Assembly (NCBI GenBank): GCA_904063045.1
Contig: CAJFCJ010000050.1
Span: 1-64,000 of the forward strand
Reading direction: 5' to 3'
DNA: 64,000 bases
DNA from: Dimorphilus gyrociliatus
Taxonomy: Eukaryota; Animalia; Annelida
Part shown: positions 36,483 to 50,034 of the stretch, piece by piece
How positions within the stretch are numbered: the first letter of the stretch is position 1
Layout: the number at the start of each line of letters is the position of its first letter
Translations under genes and position numbers: made by a program
The notes under the pieces: generated by a model
The model's database searches: none
What the model was told of the DNA's origin: nothing
Seen by the model: only the letters and a program-made list of their open reading frames with translations

Positions 36483-37229
36483 TCATTTCCAGTAATGATT
36501 GGGATAATGACAACATTGAATATCTTAAATTGTAGATGATTGTCAAAGTTCATTGATAAAAAATATAAAATATTTGATTTCTTTTTTTATTTGTATAGCT
36601 CTCATTCAAATACAAATGCATTGATGAATTAAAAATACTTTTTATCATTTTTGTATCTAAATAATCAATGACTGATAGTTGCTGTAAAAGCAATGTCATA
36701 AATTTATACAATCAATTTTTCAGGTCAAACATAAAATCATATCAAAATATTTTTTAGCTGCAAACAGGTTAACTATCAAATGAGACAATTTTAAGAAAAA
36801 TTCTGAAAAATCGAACAAACACTGTAGATACCACCTCTTTCATTACTGCAAAGAAATACTATGTTTAGCATTTACAAGATTTTTTATTTCCTTGTATTAA
36901 GAACTTGTTGTATTGCTTAATAGCTATCAAGTTTTATTTATAAGACTCTCTGTTCTCTCACCTTGTTCTGTTACATTCACTCCCTATTATACCTTGCTAG
37001 CGTTGCTTAACTGGGTGTTTCACTGTGGTCATTTGTGGGTTTTTTTACCTATTTATGACCAGAGATATCACTCAGTAAGACTGAGTTAAACACCTTCGTC
37101 ATGAAACGCAATAGACATTTGATCTTTAATAATATTACACAAGAAGACTTAATCCAAAGCTTCTGTCTCAAATCTTCAAGAAAAAGACAAACTTGACTGT
37201 GTATTCACTCTTCTGGAAGAATGAGACAA

Positions 37230-37850
37230 ATATGAAAAGATCTCCTCTTGCATGTAGGATATAGTTATACTGTGAAAGAAGAAACTGCAAATACAGTCAA
37301 ATAGAAATTCAGAAACGATACCTTAAAGAGCCCAGCAAAAGTATCTTAAACAGATAATTCTTTCTCTTGGCAAAATGCTCATATTTTTAAGAGAAACAAT
37401 AATTTGGAAATGGAAATACGAATCAGATACAAATTAAAAGAAAGTGATCAAAATAATAAGATGACATCAGGAAAACATTTAGCTAAAAATATCCTCCGTA
37501 AAATTTCAATATCAAATTTTGGCATACCATCTATTGACAATAGTTGTAGACTTTTTAATAGAACAAAACAACAATTTAATCCCAATGAGTCTTACACTTT
37601 TTTCTGGACAAAACTTTCATTGCAGATGATTTTTTCCAGAGAAAATGAAAGAATAATCATATTCTCAAAACATGTAAAGTTAAATTATTATCTAATGAAA
37701 AGATGTGGTTTTTAAATGTAACCTTTAAATGTGATAAGGATCCTTTTTATCAGCCATTTACCATTCATGGGTTTGTAAAAAAGAATAGTGAATTTAAACA
37801 AGTTTCTTTGACCTTTGCCTTTATGAGCCCAAAATCAAAGAATTAATATA
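37230..37850 (+). mobile_element. Degenerate FLYWCH-MULE transposase fragment
   Basis: KDLLLHVGYSYTVK; TSGKHLAKNIL; KMWFLNVTFKCDKDPFYQPFTIHGFVKK..KQV align with ORF 49285-50028. Confidence 0.8.
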
Positions 37851-38382
37851 AGCTTTTAAACTTTTTATTAACATCACTAAGGTTGTTTAGAAAACAGGAA
37901 ATCAAAGCAAAAATAGATCAGATTTAAAAACTATCTTTAAATATCGATTTGCTTTCTTTGTGACATTTTTTTTATCTAAAAATATGAACAATTGTTGAAA
38001 TTGATTGAAAAGTGTTTTGAATTTAAAGATTTCTGATTTTCTTTTAAGTTAAAGTTAAGAGTAGTTGATTTAATTATTTAAATACTTGGTGTAAAAATGA
38101 CTTTAAAAAGCGAATCATATGATTTGACAAAACTACTGAAATTGTTATCAAGCTTTTTGTGGTGTCGGCATAGTGCAAAAGTTATTAATTGTAGCAGCTT
38201 CTTATTAGATAATTTAACTCAATGTCTGAAGTTTAATCAAATATGTTTTATAGGCCTTAAACAAGAAATAAAAAGCTTTCCATCTAGTTTCTCAACTGAG
38301 TTGGATAGGATTCTAAAGAATTTGAAATTTGAATTAGATTCTGTTGTGTGATTCTTGAGTTCAAATGAATATAAAAAAAAAT

Positions 38383-38456
38383 TGCTCCCACTGGGGGTCG
38401 AACCCAGGACATTCGCGTTATTAGCACGACGCTCTAACCAACTGAGCTATGGAAGC
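38383..38456 (-). tRNA. trnI-AAT: tRNA-Ile (anticodon AAT)
   Basis: GCTTCCA/TGGGAGC acceptor stem, A box TAGCTCAGTTGG, TCGTG-CTAATAA-CGCGA anticodon arm, B box GGTTCGACCC, followed by a T-run Pol III terminator. Confidence 0.95.
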
Positions 38457-38575
38457 TAATACACTTGGATGTTAGACAAGTGACCAAGTTTACAAAGACT
38501 ATCTTATTATCATTGAAGGACTATGTTTTGTAATATTACATTTATACAAACCCTGTATGATGAGGGGCACAATGA

Positions 38576-38758
38576 CTATTCTTGATCTCTCATAAAGTCT
38601 GTTGTATGGAGACAGGTATGAGGCGTGGCATTATCATGTTGTAGTATTATCTGTTTGCATGGTCTGATCCTATGTAGTTTCATTCTTAGCCCTTTTAGAG
38701 TCTCAACATATCGTATGGGATTGACTACTTCTCTGTACTCCATAAATTCAGCATGCAT
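38576..38758 (-). mobile_element. Mariner transposase fragment
   Basis: RYVETLKGLRMKL..IILQHDNATPHT (HDNARPH motif). Confidence 0.85.
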
Positions 38759-40435
38759 ACATTATTTTGTAAGGTTTATGTAAAGTAGTGATTTCGAAGT
38801 CATTGCTACTCTATGAAATATGTATTTCGTTTTCATCAATACTCAAACACATCGATACCTTTTGTCTAAACTAAGACAATAAATATTGCTTGAGTATATG
38901 TGTGTACAATACCCAATTTAACAAATGATTATAAGAATAAGATTATTGTCAATTGTCAGCAAATTTTCAGTTACATTTACAATATAAAAGAAATCACTCA
39001 TCAAGTCATTAATAGTAATATCAATGTTTTCAAATCAGTTTGCTAGATATAACTCAGGGATTTTAAAAATATAAAACAATTAACAATTGTTACGTGAATT
39101 TGATTTTCAGACAAATGAATAAAGCATGTTTTTCCTTCACTCTCTAAATAATACATTTTTAATATGAAAACTGGAAAATTACTATGCAAATTGTGATAAA
39201 AAATTTCATTTCTAATGGTTTATGTTAAAGCTTATAATCAATATTTCAATGCTAACGATTTATGGAGTGGTAAGTTTCTTATGTGTAATATTTTAAAAAG
39301 TAGTGACACCTGCTTGTATGAATGTAATTGTGGCCAATCAATTTGTAAAATGATTTATCTTAAATGGCTGATACAAAACAAGAGAGAACTAAATCCATTA
39401 ACAAAGGTATCAATATGTGATATTAGTGTTAATGGGACTGATTGAGTTTCTAAATACATGAACAAAAGCATGAGTATGCATATTTTGATTAAAATCATTG
39501 CTTATTCCCAAAAAACCTCTACAGCCTCATGTAAAAGGCAGAAATTTCCAGTATGATTCTTTCTAAACTCTCATCATTCTAATTCCTACCAAATGGATAT
39601 CTTTCTTAAAGTTCCTTTATATCTAAAGTCTAAATATCACTATGTCATGATTTCAGCAGTTTATTAAATTATATTTGATGGCTTCAAACACTTTTACTAT
39701 AAATAAATATTCCAAAAATCAAATATTTTACAAGACTTTTTCTTTAACAAGACAAGAGAAAAATAATACTCCATAGAGAAAACTAATTAAATGATCAAAA
39801 AATATATGGTTAAACCAGCCAATCACAAAAATATGTCTACACTAGAGGCATAAGACATCAAGGCAAAATGGATGCAATGGCCATGCAGAAGAGACAAAAT
39901 GTCCAAAGGTAAAAAGTCCAAAATTGTTCAGTCTTGAAAGTCCAGTAAATTCTTAAGTATAAGAGCCTCAGGATTGTTTAGCATATCTTTAAAAAGCTCT
40001 CTTCGAGACCTATCACCTCCACAAATTTAAATGTTTAAGGTATAACAGTACTCTAAGCAGGGTTAGGTTAGCCTTCTTCTCTAATAATAATGTCCTATTA
40101 ATCTTTATTTATTGTTAATCTCTGTTAGGGTTACCACCAGACAATCAGGTTTGATTGGCTTGCGATTAGTTTTGCTCTATTTATTTAAGTATACAATGTT
40201 ATTAGGGTCACCAGAAGAATTCTTTCCTTTATATCTAAAGTCTAGATATTGATATGTCATTATATCTAAGGGTATAACTACTCAATCATATATTAAATCT
40301 ATTTAATCACTTCTTTAGTGAGGGCTTAAAGTGTTGGATAAAAATTTAAATCAATTGTCACAGATAGTTTGCTATTCTTATTTAAAATAGGAAAGAGAGT
40401 TTCAGTAAATTTTTCACTTTTTTTATTAAAATATC

Positions 40436-40630
40436 TTGCTTGTCAGGGAAGATCAAACCACAACTCAGAGAGCAATTGCCAAAAACTTGGATATTTGTCA
40501 AGAGGCTGCTGGGAAGATGATTAAGGAGCTGGGATACAGAAGAATTTGTGCTAAATGGATCCCCTATGATCTTAATGAGGATCAAAAGGAGGTGAGGGTC
40601 GACCATTGTGTTGGACTACTCCAACATTAA
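40436..40630 (+). mobile_element. Mariner transposase fragment (HTH to WVPHEL region)
   Basis: TTQRAIAKNL..KELGYRRICAKWIPYDLNEDQKEVRV. Confidence 0.85.
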
Positions 40631-41043
40631 AAATATTATTAAAAAAATTATTATAATTAGTTCATCATTATAGTTAAAAATACAAAATGTCTACAATACT
40701 GAGATAGCACCTAATATATGGATGGATGTATTAATAAGATCATTTAGTGCATTGATTTGCAACTGACAACCTCAAACTCTTTCTGTAGCTTTTCTATTGC
40801 ATTATCAAGTATTTTATAATATTGAATAATGTATTGAGTTTCTAAATAAACAAAAAGAAAAAATGTTAATTTTTCAGAGTTTCTATGCTTTTCTAAGAGA
40901 TTTTTAGTTAAAATTCATCGATGTAAGTACACAGGGATAACATAAACTGAAGTCATTGCATGCTTGTAATAGACTAAACTAATTTTGACCATTCATTTTC
41001 TTTGATTTTACTGTTGTAGGCACTCAATTTTCACATTGAAAAC

Positions 41044-41202
41044 CTGCTTGAGCATCAAAACCTATGAATTCATTTTCTCCATCACTTCTAAAGTAAATAT
41101 CAAATGACTGCTCAACATATATGTAATATCTACCATTGATATACACTCCAGCATAATATATTGTTGGTATTGACAAACTTCTTAACCTTTCGACTGGATC
41201 TG
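41044..41202 (-). CDS. Symmetric phase-1 exon resembling a CUB-domain C-terminus
   Basis: 159-nt open exon with AG/GT ends; YFRSDGENEFIGFDA resembles the CUB F.SD....GF motif; neighbouring exons look degraded. Confidence 0.4.
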
Positions 41203-42556
41203 CTGATTGTTAAAAAAGATTTGTTATTTTGTTTTAATATTAATATTTTAAACTTTTCACTTTTCACTCCAAAACCACAAATATGTGTTTCCTGATTTTT
41301 GTGCCTAAGAACAAAATAATCATATATTATGTTGTTCTATACCAAATGTTTTAAATTTCAAGAGAAATTTCTAAAAGTACAAAAAAAACACTCTGAAATA
41401 AAAACTTTTATAAACTTTTGGCATACAGACTCCTTTTAGATGATTTTTATTTATGAAGTTGTAACCACATGACTGGTTTGGTCTATATAAACCATTTGTT
41501 GTTCATGTAAAATTTTAACCACTACAATCCCATACAATATCATTTTGTAATTTGTTGGGACAATACAATATTTCAGAATTGAAATTCTTTTGAGTAGTGC
41601 TAACTTTATTGGGAATTGTAGTTACTTCATTATTATTATTATTCTCACCACATTGGAACTACGATTTTATTGCAAAACCGCCCTTTACAACACTTTCAAT
41701 GAAATTTCCATCTGTATGATTAGGCTGAAATTTTAGCAAGAAATTTAAATATAATTGGTTTTAAAATAATTTCTCTTGTTGAAAAACAATATGTTACATA
41801 TCAGAGTTAAACTAATGATACAGATACACAAATTGAGAAAAGTTGCCTTCATTTTCACTTTCTCAAGCTGAAATAAGAAGACTCCTGAAAAATGTGTCTA
41901 TTATGGGAAAGAATTTGAATAACAAGGAGCGAATAATATATACACAAGTTTTTGACAGACTTACCCTTTGATAATGTATGTTGACAGAAAGTAACTACTA
42001 TTTGCAAATGTTAATCTATTACAGCTATATGTTATTGAATTTTGGATTTTGAGATTTTTTAAACGATCTGTATTGAAAATACTTTGTAAAATTTTCAGTT
42101 TAGATATTAAGATATACTGAATAACTACTTTGAATTGATAATAATAATTATTAATAAGTAGAAATTAATATCTTTTAAAAAAGATATCAAAACATTCGTT
42201 TTTCTTTTATAAAATCCAGTTTTAGTAATTATACCTCGAAAAAAGAGGTTCGTTAAAAATGAGTCACCATTTGCTAATAAATAAAATAGTGAATCAACTT
42301 AAATTTTCAATATTGTTGAACAAACAGAGCTTTTGTATCAAGCATGAAGAATAGCTGCCACATTTGCTGATTTAATATTTATATATTGTTCTGAATGGCA
42401 TTTATACTTTCTTTTATGCCTTTCAGAACAATATATTAATATAGTATGATGCTATTGGAAAAAATCTGAATAAAAATTAATGCATTAGAAGTGTATTAAA
42501 TTATCAATCATTTTAACTCGAACTGAGATCTTTAGCTTTCAAAATTTCAACTGATT

Positions 42557-43200
42557 ATGGAGTGTCTATCATTCTTTAAAATCATTGTTTTCCTTATAGG
42601 ATTCCTAATTTCTCAAGAAATCAACTGTGAAAAAACTCTTCAGATAATTGTAAATGAAGGAAGTAATCTTAATATTGATTGTGGAAATAATGTCATTGCT
42701 ATTCTTTATGCTCAATACAAAAGTTTTTTTTGTTCAAAAACAAACATTGTAACATCTACAATGAAGAACCTCTGTAATAACAAAAAAACTTGCACAAGTT
42801 ATATTGATAATTCGCTCTTTGGTGACCCTTGCAAAGGAATTCTAAAAAGGCTAACAGTTGTTTACGTTTGCACAAGTAAAAGAAATTTTTATAATAAACT
42901 TTTCCATTAAAATTTTTTACTTCCACAAAATAGATGAGGAATTTTTTACATATCAAATAGCGCAATCTCCAGAGGTTGGTTCTCCTCTAAGTATTAATTG
43001 CTCACAAAAATTAATCCTTGTGGCTCATGCATTTTATGGAAATTATGCACTGCATTGCGAGTATGAAGATGCTCATATATTCATACTAGAACAATGCTCA
43101 TCCAAGTCATCTTGTAGTGTTGCAGTTCATGAAAATATTGGAATTGATCCTTGTGTTGGTCATCATAAAACTATGAATGTCTATTACAATTGTTCACAAG
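42557..43200 (+). CDS. Secreted tandem SUEL / rhamnose-binding (Gal_Lectin) lectin, at least 2 exons
   Basis: Signal peptide; EGSNLNIDC..AQY..C..C..C..FGDPCKGILKRLTVVYVC; in-phase intron 42876-42933; second domain ..DPCVGHHKTMNVYYNC; splice donor at 43201. Confidence 0.88.
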
Positions 43201-44406
43201 GTATTTATTTAAAACCAAACAAACATAAAGTATACAAAACGTAGAGTTAATTTTCAAAACACAGAGTAACATTTACACAAAACATAATGATAAATAGGAA
43301 ATAAAGAAATGAACCCCAGATACTTTGGGGTGTTAAATCATTTCTTCTTAATCAATTGTAGTAATAAAGCAAATAATAGGGGTATAGGAGAAAATGTTCA
43401 AGGTTTTGGCATTTTAACCTAACCTAACCCTTGCCTTCTTCCTGAAATGTTTACATTAAATAAAAGTAATTATGACTTGTCTAGACTTAAGGGTTAGGGT
43501 TAGGGTTAGCCTAAGTTTTCCTTGATATTTTTTCCTTTAATGATGGAACATTTCTGAAAAATTAGACATCAAAAGACAACATGACTAAAGGAAAAAATTT
43601 ATAATAGAATAAATGGTTATAGTTGTTACAGTGGAAAAACTTTAAAATATCCAATGTTTTTAATTTACTGGCTTAATTCTAAATAAAGCTGGCTTGGATA
43701 ATTATCAGCAAATATCAATTTGGACTTCTAGCAATAAACTTGGTATATTTCTATAAAAAAATTCAAGTTGTAACTTCTTAGATATGATAACAAGTCAACA
43801 AATGTGACAGGCTAATTATATCTTAAAATTACTTAATAGCTGATGGAATTTACAGTATTGTGGAAAATCTTGCAATTTGAATAAGCAACAATGTCATAGT
43901 TTATGTAACTTTTAAAGAAAGTGCACAACTATTTCTATCTTGATATATTGCTCTTACTTGGCCAATCTTGTTTTTGCAAGTTACAACAAGTACGATTNTA
44001 GTCATTTCTGCATGATTTAATCACACTGATCAGAAATCAGGAAAAAATTAGTCATCAATAGTGCCACATGGTGCTTAATAATAAAAATTTCCCATAAGTC
44101 ATTGCTCTATATTTTACTCATTCTTTATTATATTAACCCTGGTAGGGGTTTTACAGATTTCTATTTGAGAAATGTCAAAAAAGTTAACATTATATTTTTT
44201 TTCACTTTTCATCTTTTCAAATTTGTAAGTAAACTTCTTTTTTCCAGAAATACAAATCATTCAGTAGTTTCATCAAATGAACAAGCAACATCTTTCAATG
44301 AAGTTCTGAGCAGTTTAGAGTGCAAATTGTGATGTAGTAGCCTGGCCAATACATTATTTTTACCCGGTAGTCATGTAATAGCTTGCGTGTATTGCTTATT
44401 GAGTTT

Positions 44407-45314
44407 TCAATAAGTTGCTGCATTGTAGTCGCAAGTGTCTGATATAGAATTGATAATATTGCATTGTTTTTCTCGATAATCAGGAGTATAATTAATCATA
44501 TCGCAATTGGATTGATCATTGCAAGATTTCTGCAATCTTTTATACTTTTTACTTTATATTTTCCAATTTTTCCACATTTGACTTGAAAACAGGTTTGAGA
44601 ATTGTGAGCAAGTCTATGACAGGTTACTGTATCCATTAGATTTTCTTGATCGATCTCTCTGCAAAAATCTAATGATAAAATGCATACAGTTGAAGAAAGA
44701 TTGTACTGGAAACAACTGCAATTTAAAATTGACAAACATTCTCTTGAACAGTCTTTCAGATCAACTGCACTGAGTACCAATAATTTTGAAGGTAAATCAG
44801 TCAGTCTAGTAACTTTTATAAACCCAGGTATAAAGGTATTGTCATAGTAACATTGGCCATTAACAAAGCAACAACCATAGGCTTCGCAATTGTACTGAGT
44901 GGTCATAGAAGATCCGCACAAATTTTCTGTAACATTTTCACACTGTCCCACATTGAGTACAGCATCTGTTGAAATAAAAAAAAGTCATCATTTTTAAATC
45001 TATATTTTGCAGATAGTCTTACCACAAACGCCGTTTTTTCGTCCAATATAGATATACTTATTTTTTGGAGTAAAGGCGCTGGGCTTTGAATGGCAGTCTT
45101 CTTTATTCAAATGACATAATGAAACAGTTTGAAAATATTCAATGGATCTGAAAAAGTTTCCAAATTTTGTCATAAAATATTTCAAGTATTAAAATCACTT
45201 ACTTGCAATTTGAATATTCAATACATTTCAATTTACATTCTTCCAGTGGTAGAGTTTCTACAAATATGTTGTTGCTGTTGATTTTATAATTGTAAAATGT
45301 TTCAGTGAAGCACA
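44407..45314 (-). CDS. Cys-rich PAN/apple + trefoil(P)-like + PAN module gene, one frameshift near 44520
   Basis: Spliced LEECKLKCIEYSNCK|SIEY..CHL (PAN); NCEAYGCCFVNGQCYY (trefoil-like); KDCSRECLSILNCSCFQY (PAN); a last PAN-like unit continues in a shifted frame. Confidence 0.6.
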
Positions 45315-45879
45315 CTGTATTTTTAAAAGTGAAAATTTAGAGTGAAAATGATTTGGTTAAATTTGCTAAAAATTTACTATCTGATCTTGTAAATACATTT
45401 TCTAATTCATTTCCCATGAAAAAGATAAACAGGTAATGATTTTGCAGACTAAAGATTTGGTGAGAAATGCTAGAGTTCTGAAATTCTTTAGTCAAATGCA
45501 TGATTATTTTAAATGATCTTAGATGTAGGCCTTCTAGAATATCGAATTGAATTTGAAAGAATTCTAATTGAGTTTTTGTACCACAAATTAAAAGTCTAAT
45601 TAGAATGTTAATATTTCATCAGATCATTTTATTGAAAATAGAAGCATATACAGTTTTTTATGCACAGACAATTTGGAACAAATTAACATGTCTATTATGA
45701 GTTTGTCAAGTAATTACTACATTTAAGATGACTGACTATAGAAAAGGAGGGATTTTCGAATGAAAGATGAAAGACAATTTATAGATAATTTGATTAGGCC
45801 TATCTATGCAATTAATTATGTATATGTAAAAATGTATATATAGATTTATATGAATAGGTGGAAAAGACTTGGATTAAAA

Positions 45880-46421
45880 ATTCAATTTGGACTTCAGATA
45901 GTTGGTCTGTACTTGGAATGAGCATTTGTACTAACAATGATGTTGAGGTGATGGCATAGAAGACTCAATGTAAAAGCTATGCCAAATACTTGTTTCTATT
46001 TATTAGTTGATTTTTTGAAACATGAAGCATCTCTAATTCCAGTCTTTCAAAAGCTCCTATCAGAAAAGAAATTGAAAAAATATCAAAAAAAATTAAGCAT
46101 CAAGAAACAGAATAATATTTTCAGGATATGGGATGAATATAAACAAGGAAAAATAACTGCATTGAATCTATTGGAGAAAACTGCCAATATTTATTCTCAA
46201 TAGAATTCTTTTCAATTCTCTCAATTTCTATCTATTTCCTTTTAAATATTTTACTTATTTCTCCATTTATTAAATATATATTCATATCGGTAAATATATC
46301 ATAACATTCTTTTCAAATTCTATTATTATATAAGGGGATAAGTTTTCCCTAAAAGGGAGACAAGTTTTCCCAAAAAAAGGGGATGAGTTTTCCCAAAAAC
46401 GGGACGAGTTTTCCCATTCCC
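45880..46421 (+). mobile_element. MULE 3' fragment with TIR made of about 21-bp subrepeats
   Basis: TNNDVE..WHRRLN and IFRIWDEYKQGKITALNLLE C-terminus; GGGA(C/T)(A/G)AGTTTTCCC repeats at 46334-46421. Confidence 0.8.
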
Positions 46422-46867
46422 GGTTGGACATCCCCATGATGGCAAATTAAAACAGGGTTAGGGTTAGATTAGGAACCCTAACCCTTCAACAAATCAAAAA
46501 AACAATTCTCTACTGTGAACAATATAGAGCCTGCACAGCAGTAAGGACACAATTCTCACCACAGTAAATGGTTGGGTGGGGGATGATCAGAATAATAGCT
46601 TTGCAAGTATTGATCTCCCTCTGGAGATACAAAGTGAGATTGATTGTGAATAATGATTAATAGGACAGATGAGATAGTTGGCAGTGAACAAACAGTTATC
46701 CAGCAGAAGCTCACTTCTAGTTCCTGTGTCCTAACCCTAAGATATAATCCAAGATTGACAAATTGGTGGATACAACAACTTAGACTGGATAAGGAACCTA
46801 CACTTTAAATAGCAGAGAAGGATGAGTGGTGATTTTATAAAGGTATGTTTGTAGTATTGGTTAATAT

Positions 46868-47501
46868 TGTACTGCTCTTGCTGGCAAAATCTATGCATTT
46901 GCAAGTTATAACAATACTGGTTCTACTCAAACCTTTAAACAAATGTTTAAATTAAAACGGTTTATTTGCAATAATAATACTTAAGCAAGTAACAATATGA
47001 GAGTTCAACAGCAGAGTAGATAGTTCGTAATAGCAGGTTGCCAAATTACCAAACTGTCTTCCAATGTTGAGGAGTTGATGGATGGTTCCAGTGGAGGTTG
47101 TTTCCAGATGATTTTCCCAGGTTCTTGGGTCCAGATGGAAGCTGCATGCCAAATGAGAATAGTGAGGATTTTATACTTTGAGGTTTGCCTCTGACATCCA
47201 ATCATCACTTTACAGTTGCCGAAATGTGTAGTTCATATTTATGTTTAGTAAGAGGATGTTACAAGGTTGAACATTTAGGAAGGTTAATTGAATTATAACT
47301 TGGCCACACCCTAGGCAAGTTAATTAAATTATAACTTGGCCAAACCTTTATTGGTAATTAAAGATGAGCCTTCAAGCTGACTAATCAGACTTATGTTTGG
47401 CCAATGTTATAGCATTTTCTTTCATAGGTTTTAAGATGTACATGTATAAGTTGCATAAAATTATAGAGTTCAAGCATGTAAAATATAACCAAAGTTGTAC
47501 A
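46868..47501 (-). mobile_element. Solo LTR A without TSD
   Basis: 634 bp, full termini, a few substitutions; flanks ATAT and CTAA differ; no PBS or PPT adjacent. Confidence 0.92.
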
Positions 47502-48365
47502 CTAAGAACTACAAAACAAACTGCAAAAAAATTATAAAAGACTAAGTTTATAACATGGTAACAAGGTAAATGAATGAGTTATGATGCAATATAAATGCTG
47601 GCTGCCTTTTCCAATAAATCTGATGCAGATATTAATCTGACCTCAAATTGCTCCCATAAGCCAAAGATCTGACTTTGAATTTTCTGATAAGGCTTTATAC
47701 ATATCTTTTTCTCACTTAATAATTTCTTGTACAGTGTAATCAACTCTGCTTCTCTCTTTAATTCATCAATGATCACATATAATGAAGAATTGGCATGGAT
47801 ATTCCTGTTCAATCTATTGTGCCATCCTTCCAGGTCATTGTTGGTTCTGATTGCTTCATCATATATTGACAAGGTATGTGGTGGGTAATATCCATATAAA
47901 CACTGGTTCTTGATGTAATCAATAAATGGTCCTAAATGAGTTGAGGCTGTCTGTCCAATGTTTTTGAATGCATTTTCAATGATGTTTGTTGGCAGAAATG
48001 GTAATGCCATTATTTTTTTCATAGTGTGGTAACACTCTCCTTTTGCCTTATATTCACAAGAGTAGCCTAATTCCTAAAATTACTATATTTCTTAATTTTT
48101 TTTGCAACAGATGATGATAAAAGTTACCTGAATTTTCCTATATACAGATTGGGTCCAGTGAAAGACACATCCTTTAATTATAACCTCAAGATAAACAGAT
48201 AACAATGCTCTCCAGATACCTTTTTCAAAATCCACAACAAATTTCATTGGGAAATGTTGATTGGTCAGCTCCTTTATTGCCTTTTTTAAGAATTTAATAC
48301 TTTAAAAAATTGAAATTAAAAGTATGTATACATGAAATAATTTCATATAAGCTGTCTTTTTCGGT

Positions 48366-49200
48366 AGTGGGTGAAACTGTACCTGGGTGAAACTGTACCC
48401 ATGCTGGGTGAAATCGTACCCATAAAAATATTATATTTTTTTAATTTTATTTTTTAGAATTATAATAATGGAACCTACAAAAATAAAAACACTGTTGAAA
48501 TATAAACTGACAGCCATTAAAAATGAAGAAACTGAAGTTTGAGAAGATAACAATTGATTTTGAGATGGGTCTGTGGAGAGCTGTATCCAAAATATATCCA
48601 GAATCACAAATTCATGGATGTGTATTCCATTTTACACAAGCAATATATAGGAAAATACAGGTAAAACATTTAATTTAACCTCTAAGGTTTGTTTTACAAG
48701 TATGATGCTTCAAGTCTCTTGGATACTCTGGAGAAAGGAGAGGACTGGAGAGACATGAGAAAGCTGATGGCTTTACCTTTTCTGCCTGCTCATATCATTG
48801 CTCTAACATTTTACAGATTGTAATCTCAACTTACAGAAAAAGAAAAATTTGCAGACTTGTTGGAATATTTTGAAGCAACTTGGATTATGAACTCTATATG
48901 GAAACCAGAGAATTGGTCTATATATGGATTATCCATAAGGACTAATAACAGTGTGGAAGGATGGCACAATAGAATGAATAATAAAGTACCATCTAAAGGA
49001 TCATTTTATTGGCTGCTTGATGAACTGAAGAGAGAAGCTGATTTAATTATCATCTATGAAAAGCTTATGTCTGAGAACAAGATTATAAAGTACCAAAAAA
49101 GCAGTATATTGAGATAGAAAGAAAAATATTTGAAATTTGGGAAAGTTATAGACTTGGAGGGCTTTTGGCAGATGAATTATTAGTTCAAACATCATACATT
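48366..49200 (+). mobile_element. Second, internally deleted MULE nested in opposite orientation
   Basis: GGGTGAAACTGTACC x3 TIR-like repeats; ITIDFEMGLW..GCVFHFTQAIYRKIQ| exon; RTNNSVEGWHNRMN. Confidence 0.82.
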
Positions 49201-49284
49201 TATGCTCCATAATATTCTTTTTTTTAAATGTTTTTTTCACTTTTTCCATTCATTTATCTTTCAAAGTTATGTCTTAATCTATTA

Positions 49285-50025
49285 TCATTTTCTTAGTATA
49301 TTTTTCTTGGATCCCGTAAATGCAAACAGTAATGGAACTTGTTTCATTTCTCCATGTTTTTTGATGAACCCATGAACTGTGAACAATTGGTAAAATGGGT
49401 CTCTGACACATTTAAATGTTCCATCCAAAAACCATATCTTTCCTTTAGACAATAGTTCAATTTGTTTTGGAGTTGAAAAAATGATTATTCTGTCATCTTT
49501 TATTTTCATATCTTTTACCAGAAACTCATCTGGTATAAATGATATTTCAAAATTTAAGTGAACATCTGTGAGCTCTTCTGGCTGAAATCTCCTTTTTGTC
49601 CAATTTGCCAACCTGGCACAGTTATCCATTGATTGAATAGCTTCTTCACAATCACAATGATGTTTTAATACTTCCTCAGCTAAGCGTTTTCCAGAAGAGA
49701 AAGTTTCAATTTCACACAATTGTTTAATTTCATTTTTAATTAAAATTTTCTTTTCCAGTTCATCTTCTCTTTTATGGGAATGGGGTTTTTTTCCAGGATA
49801 GAATTGATCTTCCAATTGATTGACACTTGCTGGGCATTTGTTGTTCTTATTCCTTACACTACATGTCCAAAATGTTTTTGTTGACCTTTTCATCTTTATT
49901 GTAAACATATAACCATCATAGGCCAATAGGTCTTTACCTTTTTTACTCATTCCTTTCAGAATTTTGAAAGTTGGCTCCATATCTACTTTTTTTGATGTTG
50001 GAGAATTTATGAAAGAAGTTTCCAT
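49285..50025 (-). CDS. FLYWCH zinc finger plus N-terminal half of the MULE transposase
   Basis: LLAYDGYMF..FWTCSVR..CPA..HSH; WFLDGTFKCVRDPFYQLFTVHG. Confidence 0.9.
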   Translation of the reverse strand: METSFINSPTSKKVDMEPTFKILKGMSKKGKDLLAYDGYMFTIKMKRSTKTFWTCSVRNKNNKCPASVNQLEDQFYPGKKPHSHKREDELEKKILIKNEIKQLCEIETFSSGKRLAEEVLKHHCDCEEAIQSMDNCARLANWTKRRFQPEELTDVHLNFEISFIPDEFLVKDMKIKDDRIIIFSTPKQIELLSKGKIWFLDGTFKCVRDPFYQLFTVHGFIKKHGEMKQVPLLFAFTGSKKNILRK

Positions 50026-50034
50026 CAAATTATT

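Noticed and set aside
43488-43510. Interstitial telomere or chromosome fusion site
   Set aside because: Only about three TTAGGG units with no head-to-head array; treated as part of a dispersed repeat.
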